64,000 bases of DNA. Origin: Octopus sinensis (Eukaryota). Under the pieces are notes generated by a model. It worked only from the letters and a program-made list of their open reading frames with translations, did not search any database and had not been told where the DNA came from. Shown piece by piece: positions 24,331 to 36,323 of this stretch. Within the stretch, counting starts at the first letter, position 1, and every line of letters starts with the position of its first letter. The position numbers and the translations under genes were made by a program. The stretch lies in the NCBI RefSeq assembly GCF_006345805.1, contig NC_042997.1:75206001-75270000 (forward strand), read 5' to 3'.

Positions 24331-27300
24331 AAAGTTAATCCAAACAAGAAAACACAGAAAAAAAGAAAAAAAGAGAAAAAACACAGCAACGCAGGACGTG
24401 GAACAATTAAAGTATTATTGACGCTCAGGAAAGAAGGGAAGGAGGGTTTAACGTTTCGAGCGGAGCTCTGCGTCGGAAACAAGGAGAAGGAAAGATCCCA
24501 AGGAGGGAAGACAGAGGAGACAATATTTGAGCTGGTGGTGCTTATAGATCACATGTTGAAAAGAACAGAATTTGGAGGTAGTTGAAAAATGGTTTTATAA
24601 TGCAAGAGTTTCCAAAAAAGGAATGCCTGTGTGTGTGTTGTGTGTGAAGATGACAATGTGTTTTGTGCGTGCGTGTGTGTGTGTGTGTATTTTTGGTGAA
24701 TAGAGGTAATGACAAAGCCAGCTGTGGTGATGACTACTAGCTGTTTGTGTCAACCTAGGTCAAAGACAGGTCAAAAAACATCATATGTGTGTGTTGTTTG
24801 TAGTGTGTGTGTGTGTGTGCATGTGTGTGTTCGTGTGTGTATACGTAGAGTGTGGGTGTGTGGCGTAACCCTAGTACGTGTGTGCTTGGACGTGCGTGTG
24901 TGTGTGTAGGGGGATGTATATGTGGGTTCATTTGTGTGAGAGTGTATGTATGTGCGTGTATGTGTGCGTTTGTATGTGTTTGTGTGTATGTGTGCGTGCG
25001 CGGATAGGTGTATATTGTGTATGTATATCTGTCGGTGTGTATGTGAGTTTGTGTGTGTTTGTACGCGTGTATGTGTGTGTGAGTGTATAGTATATATAAA
25101 TGTAAATGTTTGTGTGTGTGTGCGTGTGTGTGTACGTGCGTGCGAGTGAATATATGTATATATGTGTGCGTGTGTGTACAATGTAGGGGCTTATATGTGT
25201 GTTTATATGTGTGTATGTATGTGTGTGTGTATGTGTGTATGTTGCGTGTGTGTATGTATGTATGTGTGTATGTGTGTGTATGTATGTATGTATGTGTGTG
25301 TGTGTATGTGTGTGTATGTATGTACGTACGTATGTATGTATGTACGTATGTGTGTATGTATGTATTTTTGCATGCGTGTATGTGTGTATGTGCGTGTGTG
25401 TACATATGTATGTTTATGTATGTGTGTGTATGTATGTATTTATGTATGTAGTGTATGTATGTGTGTGTATGTATGTATGTGTGCATGCGTGTATGTGTGC
25501 ATGTGTGTGTGTTTGTATGTATGTATATATGTGTGTGTATGTGTGTGTATGTATGTATATGTGTGTGTATGTATGTGCGTATGTATGTGTGTATGTGTGT
25601 GTATGTATGTATGTATGTGTATGTGTGTAAGTTTGTGTGCATGTATGTATGTATGTACGTGTGTGTGTATGTATGTGTGCGTGCGTATGTGTGTATGTAT
25701 GTATGTATATGTATGTTTGTGTGTGTATGTATCTATGTATGTGTGTTTGTATGTGTGTATATATGTATGTATGTGTGTATGCGTGTGTGTATGTATGTGT
25801 GTGTATGTGTGTAAGTGTGTATGTATGTGTGTGTATGTATGTATGGATGGGTGTATGTGTGTAAGTGTGTGTGTGTATGTATGTATATGTGTATGTATGT
25901 ATGTATATGTACGCGTGTGTGTATGTATGTATGTGTGTATAGTATGTGTGTGTGTATGTATGTATGTGTGCATGCGTGTATGCGTGCATGTGTGTGTCTG
26001 TATGTATGTATGTATATGTATGTGTGTGTGTATGTATATATGTGTCTATGTATGTATGTGTGTATGTATGTGTGTATGTGTGTATGTATGTGTGTGTATG
26101 TATGTAAGTGTGTGTTTATGTATGTGTGTATGTATGTGTGTGTGTATGTATGTGTATATATGTATGTATGTGTGCATGCGTGTATGTGGTATGTGGTGTG
26201 GGTACGTATGGTGAGATATGTATGTGTGTGTATGTATGTATATGTATGTATGTGTGTAAGCATATATGCATGTGTGTATGTGTGTGTGTTGTAGTGTGTA
26301 TGTGTATTTGTGTATGTGTGTGTGTGTATGTATGTATGTATATTATGTGTTTGTGTGTATGTGTGTGTATGTATGTTGGTGTGTATAGTGTATCTGTGTA
26401 TGTATGGTGTTGTATGTATGTATGTATATATGTTGTGTGTATGTACGTGTGTGTGATGTATGCATGTATGTATGTGGGTGTATGTATATGTGCGTGCGTG
26501 GTGTGTGGGTGGGTATGTGTTGTGTGTATGTATGTGTGTAGTATATGTATGTGTGGTATGTATGTATGTGTGTATGTATGTGTGTGTGAATGTATGTATG
26601 TGTGGCATATGTGTCTGTATGGTGTGTATGTATTTTTGTGTGTATGTATGTGTGTGTATGTATGTATGTGTGTGTGTATGTATGTATGAATGTATGTATG
26701 TATGAATGTATGTATGTATCTGTGCGTGTGTGTGTATGTATGTATGTATGTATGAATGTATCTATGTATGTATTGTGTGTGTACGTATGTATGTGTGTGT
26801 ACGTATGTATGTGTGTGTGTGAATGTATACGTGTGGGGGGGGTTGAGTTGTGTGGGTGTGTGTATGGGTGTGGAAGTATGTGCGCGTACATGTGCATGTA
26901 CGTTGTGTGTGTGTGGTGTGTTGGGAGTAGGTGTGTTCGTGGCTACGTGAGTATGTGTGTGTGACTGCATAAGGACAATTATAAAAAATTTTTAAAAAAT
27001 TAAAAAATAAATAATAATTAATAAACAAAAAATAAAAAATAAAAAATAAAAGATGCGGGGAGGAGAGATGAAGCGCAGTCACTAAGAGGAGGGGGCGTTT
27101 TGTGTTGAGTCCGTGGGGTTAGAGTCCGTAGAAGGAATATGAACCGTTGCTCCAAGTGAAGCCTAGATTGGGGAGAGCCGTTGTGGGGGGCAAGACCAAA
27201 CACCGAGATGTCCTCGGGGAATGGCTGGGGAGTGGAAGTGCCGTGCGACGGGAAAATGGGAAAATAGACGTACATCCCGCAGATGCTCGGTGAATCGGTC

Positions 27301-29850
27301 TGACAACGGCGTCCCGTCTGTCCTATATACAGCATCCTGCAGCGGTTGCATTTATGCAGTATATGAGTCCAGACGAGGTGCACGTAAAGGAATACCCGAT
27401 ACGTACAGTTCGCCGGTTTGGACCGGTGACAGCAGTGGTGTTGGTGATGAGGGGGGTGCAGGTGTTGCAGTGGATCTGGAGCATGGAAGGATCCGAGTGG
27501 GGCCGAGGGGGAAGAAGGAGGGGTGCTACAGACAGGAGGTCGCGTAGATTCCGGGCTCGTTTGAAGGAGGACAAGGGTGGGTTGGGGAAAATGGGGTGGG
27601 TGTGGAATCGAGCTGGAGACGACGGAAGGCACGAAGTATCTTCCGACGAAGGGGTAGAGTAGAGGGGTGTGGAAAAGGAGGGGAAAGGGGTTGCGGTTTG
27701 GGGGGGTGTTTGGAAGGAGAAAGGGCGGTGGTGTGGTGCGGTCGATGCGACGAGCGCGGGCGAGGGCGTTCAAGACCAGGGTAGGTGGGTATCCTCGAAG
27801 CCTGAACAGGCGGGCCAGGTATTGAGACTGGGTCTCGAAATCCTGGTCGCGGCATGCACAAGCGTCGGAGGCGGAGGAAGGGGAGTAGGGGATAGACCGA
27901 TTGGTTGTGGAGGGATGGGAGGAGGAGAAGTTGAGATAGAGGTGGGAATCCGGGGTTTGAAGAAGGCGGAGTTGGTGAGAGAGTGGGAGGTGTGGTTGAT
28001 GCTGAGTGAGATATCTAGGAAGTTAACGGAAGTATTGGATATGGTGGAAGTGAATTGTAGAGAGGGGTGGAAGTTAGAGAGGAAAGAGATGAAGTGGCAG
28101 AGTTGTTCGCGGGAAAGAGAGGTGGCGCCTATACAGTCGTCTATGTAACGACCATATAGTTCTGGGGTCGGCCCGGAGAATTGGGAGAATGCTTGGGCCT
28201 CAAGTAGCCAACAAAGTGATTGGCGAAATTGGGACACATTCTCCTTCCCATCGCGACCCCGGACACCTGTTGGTACGTTTCCCCGGCGAACGTGAAACAG
28301 TTGAGGGCTAGGACGAGCTCTGCCAGGCGGAGGAGGGTGGGGGTGCTAGGGGTGGGGTCGGGGCGATGGTCGATGAAGTGTTGGAGAGCTAGGAGACCGT
28401 CGTTGTGGGGAATCACCGTATACAGTGATTTGATGTCAAGGGTGAAGAGGAAGTGAGAGGGACTGGAAGGGAAGGAAAAGGAATTGAAGAGACGGAGGGC
28501 GTGGTTGGTATCATGTATGTGGGAAGGGAGGGTTTTGACTAAAGGGGACAGGATGCAGTCGAGGTATAGGGAAATGTGTTCAGTTGGGCAATTACCTTTG
28601 TCCGCCGGTTTGATGACAATGTCATTGCGGCGACAGAGGTGGCGAAGGGCAACCAATTCAGCCTGTGTGAGGTTTTCTCGGAGAGGTCTTTTTTAAAAAT
28701 CAAACCGGTTTACCAACGCGTTGCAGTCGTTCACAAACGAGTCTAGGCTACTGAATTGCCCGGGGGCGGCGTCCAGTTGGATGGGCGGCGCCCCCAGCTC
28801 AAAAAGCAATCCTTGATTATCGTGACGTGCGGAGACGCGTGGTAGAAGGCGCAAAGTTTGAGGCGGCGCAGGAACTGGTTGACGTCCGTCCGAGTCTCGA
28901 ATTCGTCACATGGCGCGTGAGAGGGCGTGAAGCGGAGTCCCTTACTGAGGAGAGAGCGCTCGGGTGCAGAGAGGGGGAGATTGGGGGGTATAGTGACAAC
29001 AGTGCGAGGAAGGGACGCGGGTGGGGGTGGTGGGATGAGTGGGGTCGGGATGAGGGGGGTGTAGAGGTGTGGGGAGGAGAGTGGGGGTGGTTAGGTGAAG
29101 TGGGGGTAGGCGTAGAAAGGTCAGGGTGGGGTGTGTGTTGGTCCGTGGAGGGGAAGGGGAGGGGTGGAGAGATTCGGGGGAGCTGGAGGGGAGGAAGAGG
29201 AGGATGTGGAGGAGAGGGGAGGGGAAGGAGGTGAAGGGTTGAGGAGGTGCTGGAGTTTTTTGTTTTTTGTGTGTGTGAGGAAATTATGAAGCTGGTGGTT
29301 GAGATTAAGAATGAAGCGGAGAATAGGTTGGGTGAAGAGTGGAGGGCAGAGGAAGGAGAGAAGAAGGTAAGCTTGAGGAAGTAGGTGGTCAAAGGAGTGG
29401 AGGAGAGAGCGGGTAGAACGGATGGTAGCACGGATGAGGAGGCGTGAAGTGCGGACGAAGGTGGGTTCGATGAAGGGGAGGAATAGGAGGTGGCGTGGAA
29501 CTTCAAGAGGAAGCCACGGGGTGTGACGTGATAGCGGAGGCAACGGCTGAGGAAGGAGAGATGGCTAGAGTGGCGAGTTTTTTTAAAAGGTAAGTGAGAG
29601 AGTTTTTTTGCGGGTTGTAAGCATTGGGGGGGGGGGGAAGAAAGCGAGAAAGCGGCTAAGAAGGGATTGAAGGTGTTGGACGAACGAGTGCAAGTCAGGC
29701 ATGTTGGGAAGTGGTGTAGGTGTAAGTGGTGGTGATGACACAAGTGGAAGAATGGAGGTGGAAGAAGAAAGGTAAAGAAGGAAAAAGGAAAAATACAGGG
29801 AGATAAGTTCAGGAAAAGAGTTCAGGAGAAAGTTAAATAAGAGTCACGGA
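24331..29850 (-). mobile_element. Penelope-like element (Neptune-like), copy B: ORF, microsatellite 3'UTR and one pseudo-LTR
   Basis: ATG at 29702 (MPDLHSFVQHLQ); KTRHSSHLSFLSRCL; DIKSLYTVIP, GVAMG, YGRYIDDC; GIY-YIG at 27.1-27.5 kb; ~2.2 kb CA/TACA tract; HHR at 24450. About 265 bp deleted after PADKG relative to copy C; frameshifted. Confidence 0.9.
24450..24476 (-). ncRNA. Minimal hammerhead motif, C4 variant with A9 changed to C (probably inactive)
   Basis: Minus strand gttt-CCGACGC-A-GAGC-tcc-GCTC-GAAAC-GTT-aaac; helix I GTTT/AAAC. Confidence 0.55.
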
Positions 29851-29910
29851 CAGATATATATATATGTATATATGTCTGTATATCTATTTATGTGTGTGTG
29901 TATATATAAA

Positions 29911-30231
29911 GACTCCGCCGGTTACGACGACGAGGGTCCCAGCTGATACGATCAACGGAACAGCTTGCTCGTGAAATTAACGTGCAAATGGCTGAGCATT
30001 CCACAGACACGTGTACCCTTAACGTAGTTCTCGGGGAAAATCAGCGTGACACAGAGAGTGACAAGGCTGACCCTTTGAAATACAAGTACAACTCATTTTT
30101 GCCAGCTGAGTGGACTGGAGCAACGTGAAATAAAGTGTCTTGCTCAAGGACACAACGCGTCGCCGGGAATCGAACTCACAACCTTACGATCATGAGCCGA
30201 ATGCCCTAACCACTAAGCCACGCGCCCTCAC
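29911..30231 (-). mobile_element. Full-length tRNA-derived SINE with CORE-like central segment
   Basis: Minus strand GGCTTAGTGGTTAG (A box), GAGTTCGATTCC (B box), GTGTCCTTGAGCAAGACACTT. Confidence 0.85.
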
Positions 30232-30255
30232 GTGTATATATATATATATATATAT

Positions 30256-33200
30256 GATTGATTGATTGATTGATTGATTCTAGTTTCAGCTCATGAGCTG
30301 TGGCCATGCTGGGGCACCGCCATTTGGTGTTGCTACATGGTTTTACTTCACGAATGCTTTTTAGCAACTGCCATTTGGTGCATGAGAGAGTTCGATGCAG
30401 CTGCCCTCATCTGCACCTACTGCCGTGAAGTTGGTTCATCTGGGATACCTGACAAGAAGAGATCCAGTTTCATTTTAAAGACATCTGCATCCACCCCATG
30501 CAGGTCTCTTAGGTCATTCGGGAGGATATTGAAGAGCTGTGGGCCTCGGAAGCCCAGGCTATCACAGTATCTTGTCCTACATCTTGATGGCAAATTGGAG
30601 TCCTTGGCACCACGCAGTGGCGCCAGTTCTGGCATTTGTGTAACTCTCGATGCCAAAGTTTGGGACAAGTCCTTCCAGGATCTTCCAGATGTATATTATG
30701 GCATATCTTTCCCGCCTACGCTCCAAGGAATAGAGTTTTAATCTCTTGAGTCTTCCCAGTAGCTTATATTCTGCACAGAGGCTATCTTCTTCGTGTAGCT
30801 ACGTTGGATCGCCTCAAGTTCTGTGATCAACTTGACACTGGATGGTGACCATAGCTGAGAGCAATAGTCAAAGTGGCTTAGGACAAGTGTCCTCCAGAGG
30901 ACCATCATGGTTTCTTGTTCTGAGAATCAATCAAAGGTCCTGAGAATCAATCCGGCCAGTCGTCTACATTTCATTGCCAGTTTAGCAACATGTACACGAA
31001 AGGTTGCGTCATCACTCATGTAAATACCCAGGTCACGCACTGATTGTGCCTCTGGGTTGCAATTCCTCGGGTCCAGTGTATTCATTGGGTTCTGCATTTA
31101 GTTTTGCATGCTGATAGCATAAAGCTTGAAACTTTTCAGCATTGAACTGCATGCTATTCTTTTCAGCCCACTTGTATATTTTGTCCAGCTTACATTGCAG
31201 GCGTTTAGTGTCCTCAAGGTTCTGTATTGCCTGTGAAACTTTTGTATCATCTGCATAACTTGTGATCGTGGCTCTCTGCGTGACTGAGGGCATGTCTGAG
31301 AGGGCCATTATGAACAGTAGTGGTCCTAAAACAGTGCCCTGCGGAACACCGCTCACTATTTGCATGTAAATGGAAGTGGCTACTACCACCTGTCTTCTAT
31401 CTTTCAGAAAGTCATGAAGCCATTCTCCCAGTTTTCCAACTATGCTAAGATCATGCAGTTTGTGACATATCATTCCATGATCGACTTTATCAAAGGCCTT
31501 TGCTAAGTCGAGATATATCACTTCCACATTTGAGTGGTTGAGCAGCCGTTTCAGCACCCAGGCATAGTGTTGTAGGAGCTGAGTTAAGCAGCTTCTTCCT
31601 GGTTGTTGGGTGTCAGGCAGCAAGTCATTTTCTTCAAGGAAGCTGATTAGTTTCCTTCTGACTATTCGTTCCATGACCTTGCTGATGTGTGAGGTCAGAG
31701 AGATATGTCTGTAGTTCTTGGCCTTCGCTCTGCTACCTCCTTTATGAATAGGGCATATTTTACCTTCAGTTTTCTTGGAAGTTTGCCAGCTGCAAGGAAG
31801 CTCTGAAAGAGGAACTGCAGTGGTCTTGCTAGGACTCTCTTACATGCTTTTAGGAGGATTGCCGGGAATCCATCGGGGCCAGTAGCTGAGTCTGTTTTCA
31901 TTTCATCTATAGCCTTGGTTACATCGTCTTCCTTTATATCGATGTAATCTATCGTCGCCGCCTCTGATTTTATATCTGCAGTGGTAAAAAAGTCAGTTGG
32001 ATTGGTGATTTGGAGATGCCCAAGGGGTGGAGTGAAAACACTCTTGAATTGCTCATTCAGTATTTCACTTACCCTCATTGGTTTTCCTGTGAATGTGCCA
32101 TCATTTTAAAGGAGTGGCCCTATCCTACAGTGCACCGTAGCTGTTTCTTTGGCATACCTGTAGAAAGCTCTGGGGTTAGATTTTATGTTGTCTATAGCCC
32201 AGGCTTCTTTGTCTGCTCTTTCCTTTTCATGGGAGAGTTGCAGACATTTTTCAATTTCCAACAGTTTTATTTTCAGGACTTTTCACTGCTTTCAATTTGT
32301 TTGTTTAGGCGATTTGAAATTTTTGTACGCCCGTCTCATTAAAAATTTTCCTCTCTTGGATTTTTGTTCTTGTGTACAGTGGCCTTTCTCTCTGGGACAA
32401 ATTTGTAGCATATGGTTGCATTACAGACATGAATTGTTGAAGTTTCACGCCGATGTCTGGCGAGGAGAGACATTCAGGCCAGTTTTGTTCGAGGATCTCT
32501 TTCTCAATTTGTTTCCAGTTTGCCTTATGGAAGTTCAAGCTGGAAAGATTCTGAGGGTTTCTTGTAGGCTGCATGTCCGTGCTCTCTTTTGGCCCGTACA
32601 TGGTCAGCTCTACCATGTTGTGATCCGAGAGTAGTGTCGGTGTCACTTTCACATTATGAATAAGATCCATATTATTTGTGAATCTGAGATCCATATGTTA
32701 CCTGCCCTGGTTGGTTGGAGTATTATTTGCTCCATGTACAAAGTGTTGATAAGGTTCAGGAGGGACCTCGCCTGTCCTCATTCGCATCGTGTTATTCCTG
32801 GAGAGAAAGGCCCTCGGGCCATCTGACATTGGGCAGATTGAAGTCTCCATAAGAAGTACACTTATGTGTTGTTCTAATGTGACTAGAACTTCTATTTTTA
32901 TAAGGCAGTCTTCAAACTTGCCTACATGGCTTGGGGCATATGGAGGGCGATATGTACCACACACACAACTACACCAAGTTGCCTTATATGTACAATTAGG
33001 TGTCACAACCGAATTTGAGTATGACAAAAGGACCTGGGGAGTGAGGTCCTCGCGGATGTACATAGCAACTCCTCCATGACTCCTTTCTTTTCTGTCGGTC
33101 AGTAGTACACATGGTATGTGTATTTCTGCATAGCTATGTCCGGTTTCAGGTGTGTTTCCGTAAGTGCTATGCATAAGGCTTGATTGCATGCAACAAGGTC

Positions 33201-34200
33201 TCTCAAGAAAGGGATTTTTGTCCTGTTACTGAGTGTTTGCAGTCCTCTGATGTTCAGTAGGAGCATCGAGGTGAGGTGTATGCTGTTGCCGGCGGTGTCC
33301 ACCCTGGGTCTATTTGCTGTGGTGGTCTTTGTATATTGGGGGTAGTCCCATCTGCGAGCTTGGGTTTGATGAAGCCAGGTTAGCTGCTGTACAATCTTTT
33401 GTGCCATGCACAAAAAAGATTCTTGTTCAGCAGCTGCCCTTTCAACAACATCATGTTGGCGGTTTGTGGGCACGCACCACATCTGCGTACCTCCGTTTTG
33501 GGGCAGGTGGTGCGTGGGTCCATCCCTTTTCCTTTTGTTAGTTTGTTTTGATCGTTTCGTGTCTCTGCGGCAGGGTCCCCGATGTGCAAAACGGCAGCCT
33601 GCACCTTCCTCTCCATGCCAGCAGGTACCTCTCAGGTAGAACCTACACACCCGTGTGGGCTGTTTGTTTCCATCCTTTTTGGTATATGGATAGTCAGTTT
33701 TACTTCTATTCTTGGCTGTTACATTTTTTGGTTTTGTTTGAGTTTTTCTTTTAGTTTTTCCTCCTTTTATTTCTTCTTTGGGTTCTTCATCTCCATGGCT
33801 TTTGGTGCTCGTAGGAGCACTTGCACTTGGGTTTATTTCCCTGGCAGGTTTCTCACTTGAAACCTCTTCCCGGGTGTCTACTAGGTGGCGGTGACTTCTT
33901 TCATCAGCACCTGTGTCTCCATCCTTGCCATCTTTACTTTGTTCGTTCTCAAAGATGGCATCAAGCGTGCCAATGTGAGATCTTGTAAGTGCATAGGAGC
34001 GTATAAACTCCTGCTTCTTCCGCTCTATCTGAGCTATTGTCCTTTTATAACTACCGCTCTTCAGCGCAGCTGTAATTATATTGTTAGGATTATCTTCGTC
34101 GGCGCATTGCCAGGCTCGTACGAACAACGCCAATTCGTCACGTCTCCAGGTTCTGGACATGTTGGATACTCTATCTATTTATCTATCTAATTATGTTTAA
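30256..34200 (-). mobile_element. Near full-length CR1/L2-group LINE, ORF2 heavily frameshifted
   Basis: (AATC)n tail at 30256; RT (YLDLAKAFDKVDH, GVPQGTVLGP, YADDTK); APE (LLLNIRGL, LTETHL, YRPP, SDHNMV); ORF1 upstream. Confidence 0.9.
33099..34160 (-). CDS. LINE ORF1 with a CCCH zinc finger (3' end runs into the ORF2 start by frameshift)
   Basis: CRFYLRGTCWHGEEGAGCRFAH = C-x7-C-x8-C-x3-H; directly upstream of the APE domain. Confidence 0.75.
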   Translation of the reverse strand: MSRTWRRDELALFVRAWQCADEDNPNNIITAALKSGSYKRTIAQIERKKQEFIRSYALTRSHIGTLDAIFENEQSKDGKDGDTGADERSHRHLVDTREEVSSEKPAREINPSASAPTSTKSHGDEEPKEEIKGGKTKRKTQTKPKNVTAKNRSKTDYPYTKKDGNKQPTRVCRFYLRGTCWHGEEGAGCRFAHRGPCRRDTKRSKQTNKRKRDGPTHHLPQNGGTQMWCVPTNRQHDVVERAAAEQESFLCMAQKIVQQLTWLHQTQARRWDYPQYTKTTTANRPRVDTAGNSIHLTSMLLLNIRGLQTLSNRTKIPFLRDLVACNQALCIALTETHLKPDIAMQKYTYHVYY

Positions 34201-35441
34201 AATTTAATAGAGTTTTAGAGGGCAGAGAAGAAGTAGAGAAAGAAAGTGACTGTGTATTTAGAGCGATTGGGAGCTGAGAGAAGATAAGAAGATATTTTAT
34301 TTATTTATCTATCTAATTATATCTATCTAAATATATTTATTTATCTATCTAATTATATCTATCTAATTTATCTATCTAATTATATTTAAAATTTAATAGT
34401 GTGATAGAGGGTAGAGAAGAAATAGAGAAAGAAAGTGACTGTGTATTTAGAGAGATTGAGAGCTGAGAGAAGATAGTGAAGAGAGGAAAGTGAGGAAAGT
34501 TCGCGACTATATATTTAGAAAAATTGAGAGGCTGAGAGAGGAAAGATTGTGTGACAGAGAGAAGTGGAGAAGTGAAGAGACAAGGAAAGATTGAACGGCT
34601 GAAAGAAGAGAGATGGTGTGATAGAGAGAAGTAAAGAGACAGAGGGAGAAAGGAAAGAAAGAGAGGAGGTTACGAAGCTGAAATAAAAATGAAAGATTAA
34701 GAAAATGAAAGATTATTAACAGGAAAGCTGAAATAGAAAATAATAGATTCTGAAATAGAGACGGAAAGATTATTAAAGTTCGCGTCTATGTATATATACG
34801 TATATATACACGTGCACATACATACACATACATACACACATATAGACATACGGAGACAGAGAGGAGGTAGAAGAAAGAAAGTGAGGAAAATATATTAAAA
34901 TATATTAAAGTGGGGAAAAGAAGGAGTTATTTAATTCTAAAACTAATTACGAGAAGATAGATGTATGAAAGCGAAACAGAAATTGAAAGAGAGTTATTCT
35001 CAGAATGTAAACAAAGATAGCTTCGTAAATTTTAACGGAGATGCTAGCTTAAGTTAAGGGAAATAAAATATGAAATAGAATATGAAAACGATACTTATCA
35101 TGAACGTTGCAGTCTAAACTTTCGTGCTTTACGGAATTATTTTTCCTTCACAGGAAAAATGATTCTTTTTCTTTTTTACAGGAGATAAATTAATTTAATG
35201 AGTTGCCACCATGTGCGTTTTCAGCGAAAAAAACCTCCTGTATTACATTTGGCTTCAGGCAAAATATATTACGTTTTTTATTAATATATTTTTAATAAAT
35301 GTATTTTAGTAGACTTTATGAGTTAACAAAGTTCTACGTTTTGTTACATTCAGTAAATTATTTCGCCGATTTATGCATACCTTTCTGTTTTTTTTTTTTC
35401 ACAGAGCAAAAGCAAACACGTCCTTCCTCTGCGAAAACCCG

Positions 35442-35484
<43 letters not shown>

Positions 35485-35576
35485 TAATCAAAAGGGAAAC
35501 AAAAAAAACAACAACAACAGGAACAATTACAGTATTATTATTAATAGGCGCTCAGGAGATGGAAGCAGGGAGGTAT

Positions 35577-35603
35577 GACGTTTCGAGCGGAGCTCTTCGT
35601 CGG
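35577..35603 (-). ncRNA. Minimal hammerhead motif, C4 variant (3' pseudo-LTR)
   Basis: Minus strand CCGACGA-A-GAGC-tcc-GCTC-GAAAC-GTC; palindromic ACGT helix III. Confidence 0.65.
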
Positions 35604-36323
35604 AAACATAAAGAAGGAAGAGAGAGGAAAGAAAGATCCCAGAGCGGGCAACAGGGAAAGAGAAAAAAGACGACTGGTGTTTACGAGTTGCACATGGTGT
35701 GAAGGCGGATGTTGACGATAACAGAGCAAAGTGGGTTTTTAAAGGCAAAAGAGTGGAGACAAGGTTGGTAACCCAACAGATGTGTGTGTATGTGTGAGTG
35801 TGTGCATGTGCGTGTGTGTATGTGTGTGTGTGTGAGGCGAGATGAAAAAAACAAAAAAATATGTGTGTGTTAGTGTGTGCGTCTGTGTGTAGGCGTGTGA
35901 GGTAGGGCGAGACTAGTGGTCAGCTAGCAGACGAGGTCAGTACTAAGAAAAGAAGGAAGGAGGAAGGGAGGTCAGTAGTAAGAAAAGAAGGAGGAGGAAG
36001 GGAGGGAGGGGAAGGGGTGGGGGCGTATGTAGCGTGCCAGCGTGTGTTGAGTAGTAGTGTGTGTGTGTGTCCAGTGTCGTGGTGGTATTAATGAGTAGAT
36101 TGAATGTGTGTAAGAGTGATGTATATATATAGGCAAGGTGTGTATATGTGTGCGCGTGTGTGTAACGAAAAAGGGGGGGGGGTTAAGGAAAAAGGACTCC
36201 AGCTGAGGGGAAGATGGAAGAGTGGTACCGCGGAGACAGGCGTGGGAAAACCCAACGACACGCGACGGTCCCAGGAACGGGCGGGAGGTCTCGTCAGGTC
36301 CAAGGGCGAGGTGTATGCGACGC

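Noticed and set aside
29911-30231. tRNA genes here and at 14098, 57683, 62896
   Set aside because: A/B boxes continue into SINE bodies with no complete cloverleaf.
35130-35410. Three polypyrimidine-CAG splice-acceptor-like sites
   Set aside because: No downstream coding frame or donor sites; such motifs are common in AT-rich DNA.
36255-36300. CTGACGA-GACC on the minus strand in the GC-rich part of both pLTRs (also about 42555-42600)
   Set aside because: No GAAA box and no helix II partner in either copy; cannot be called a ribozyme.
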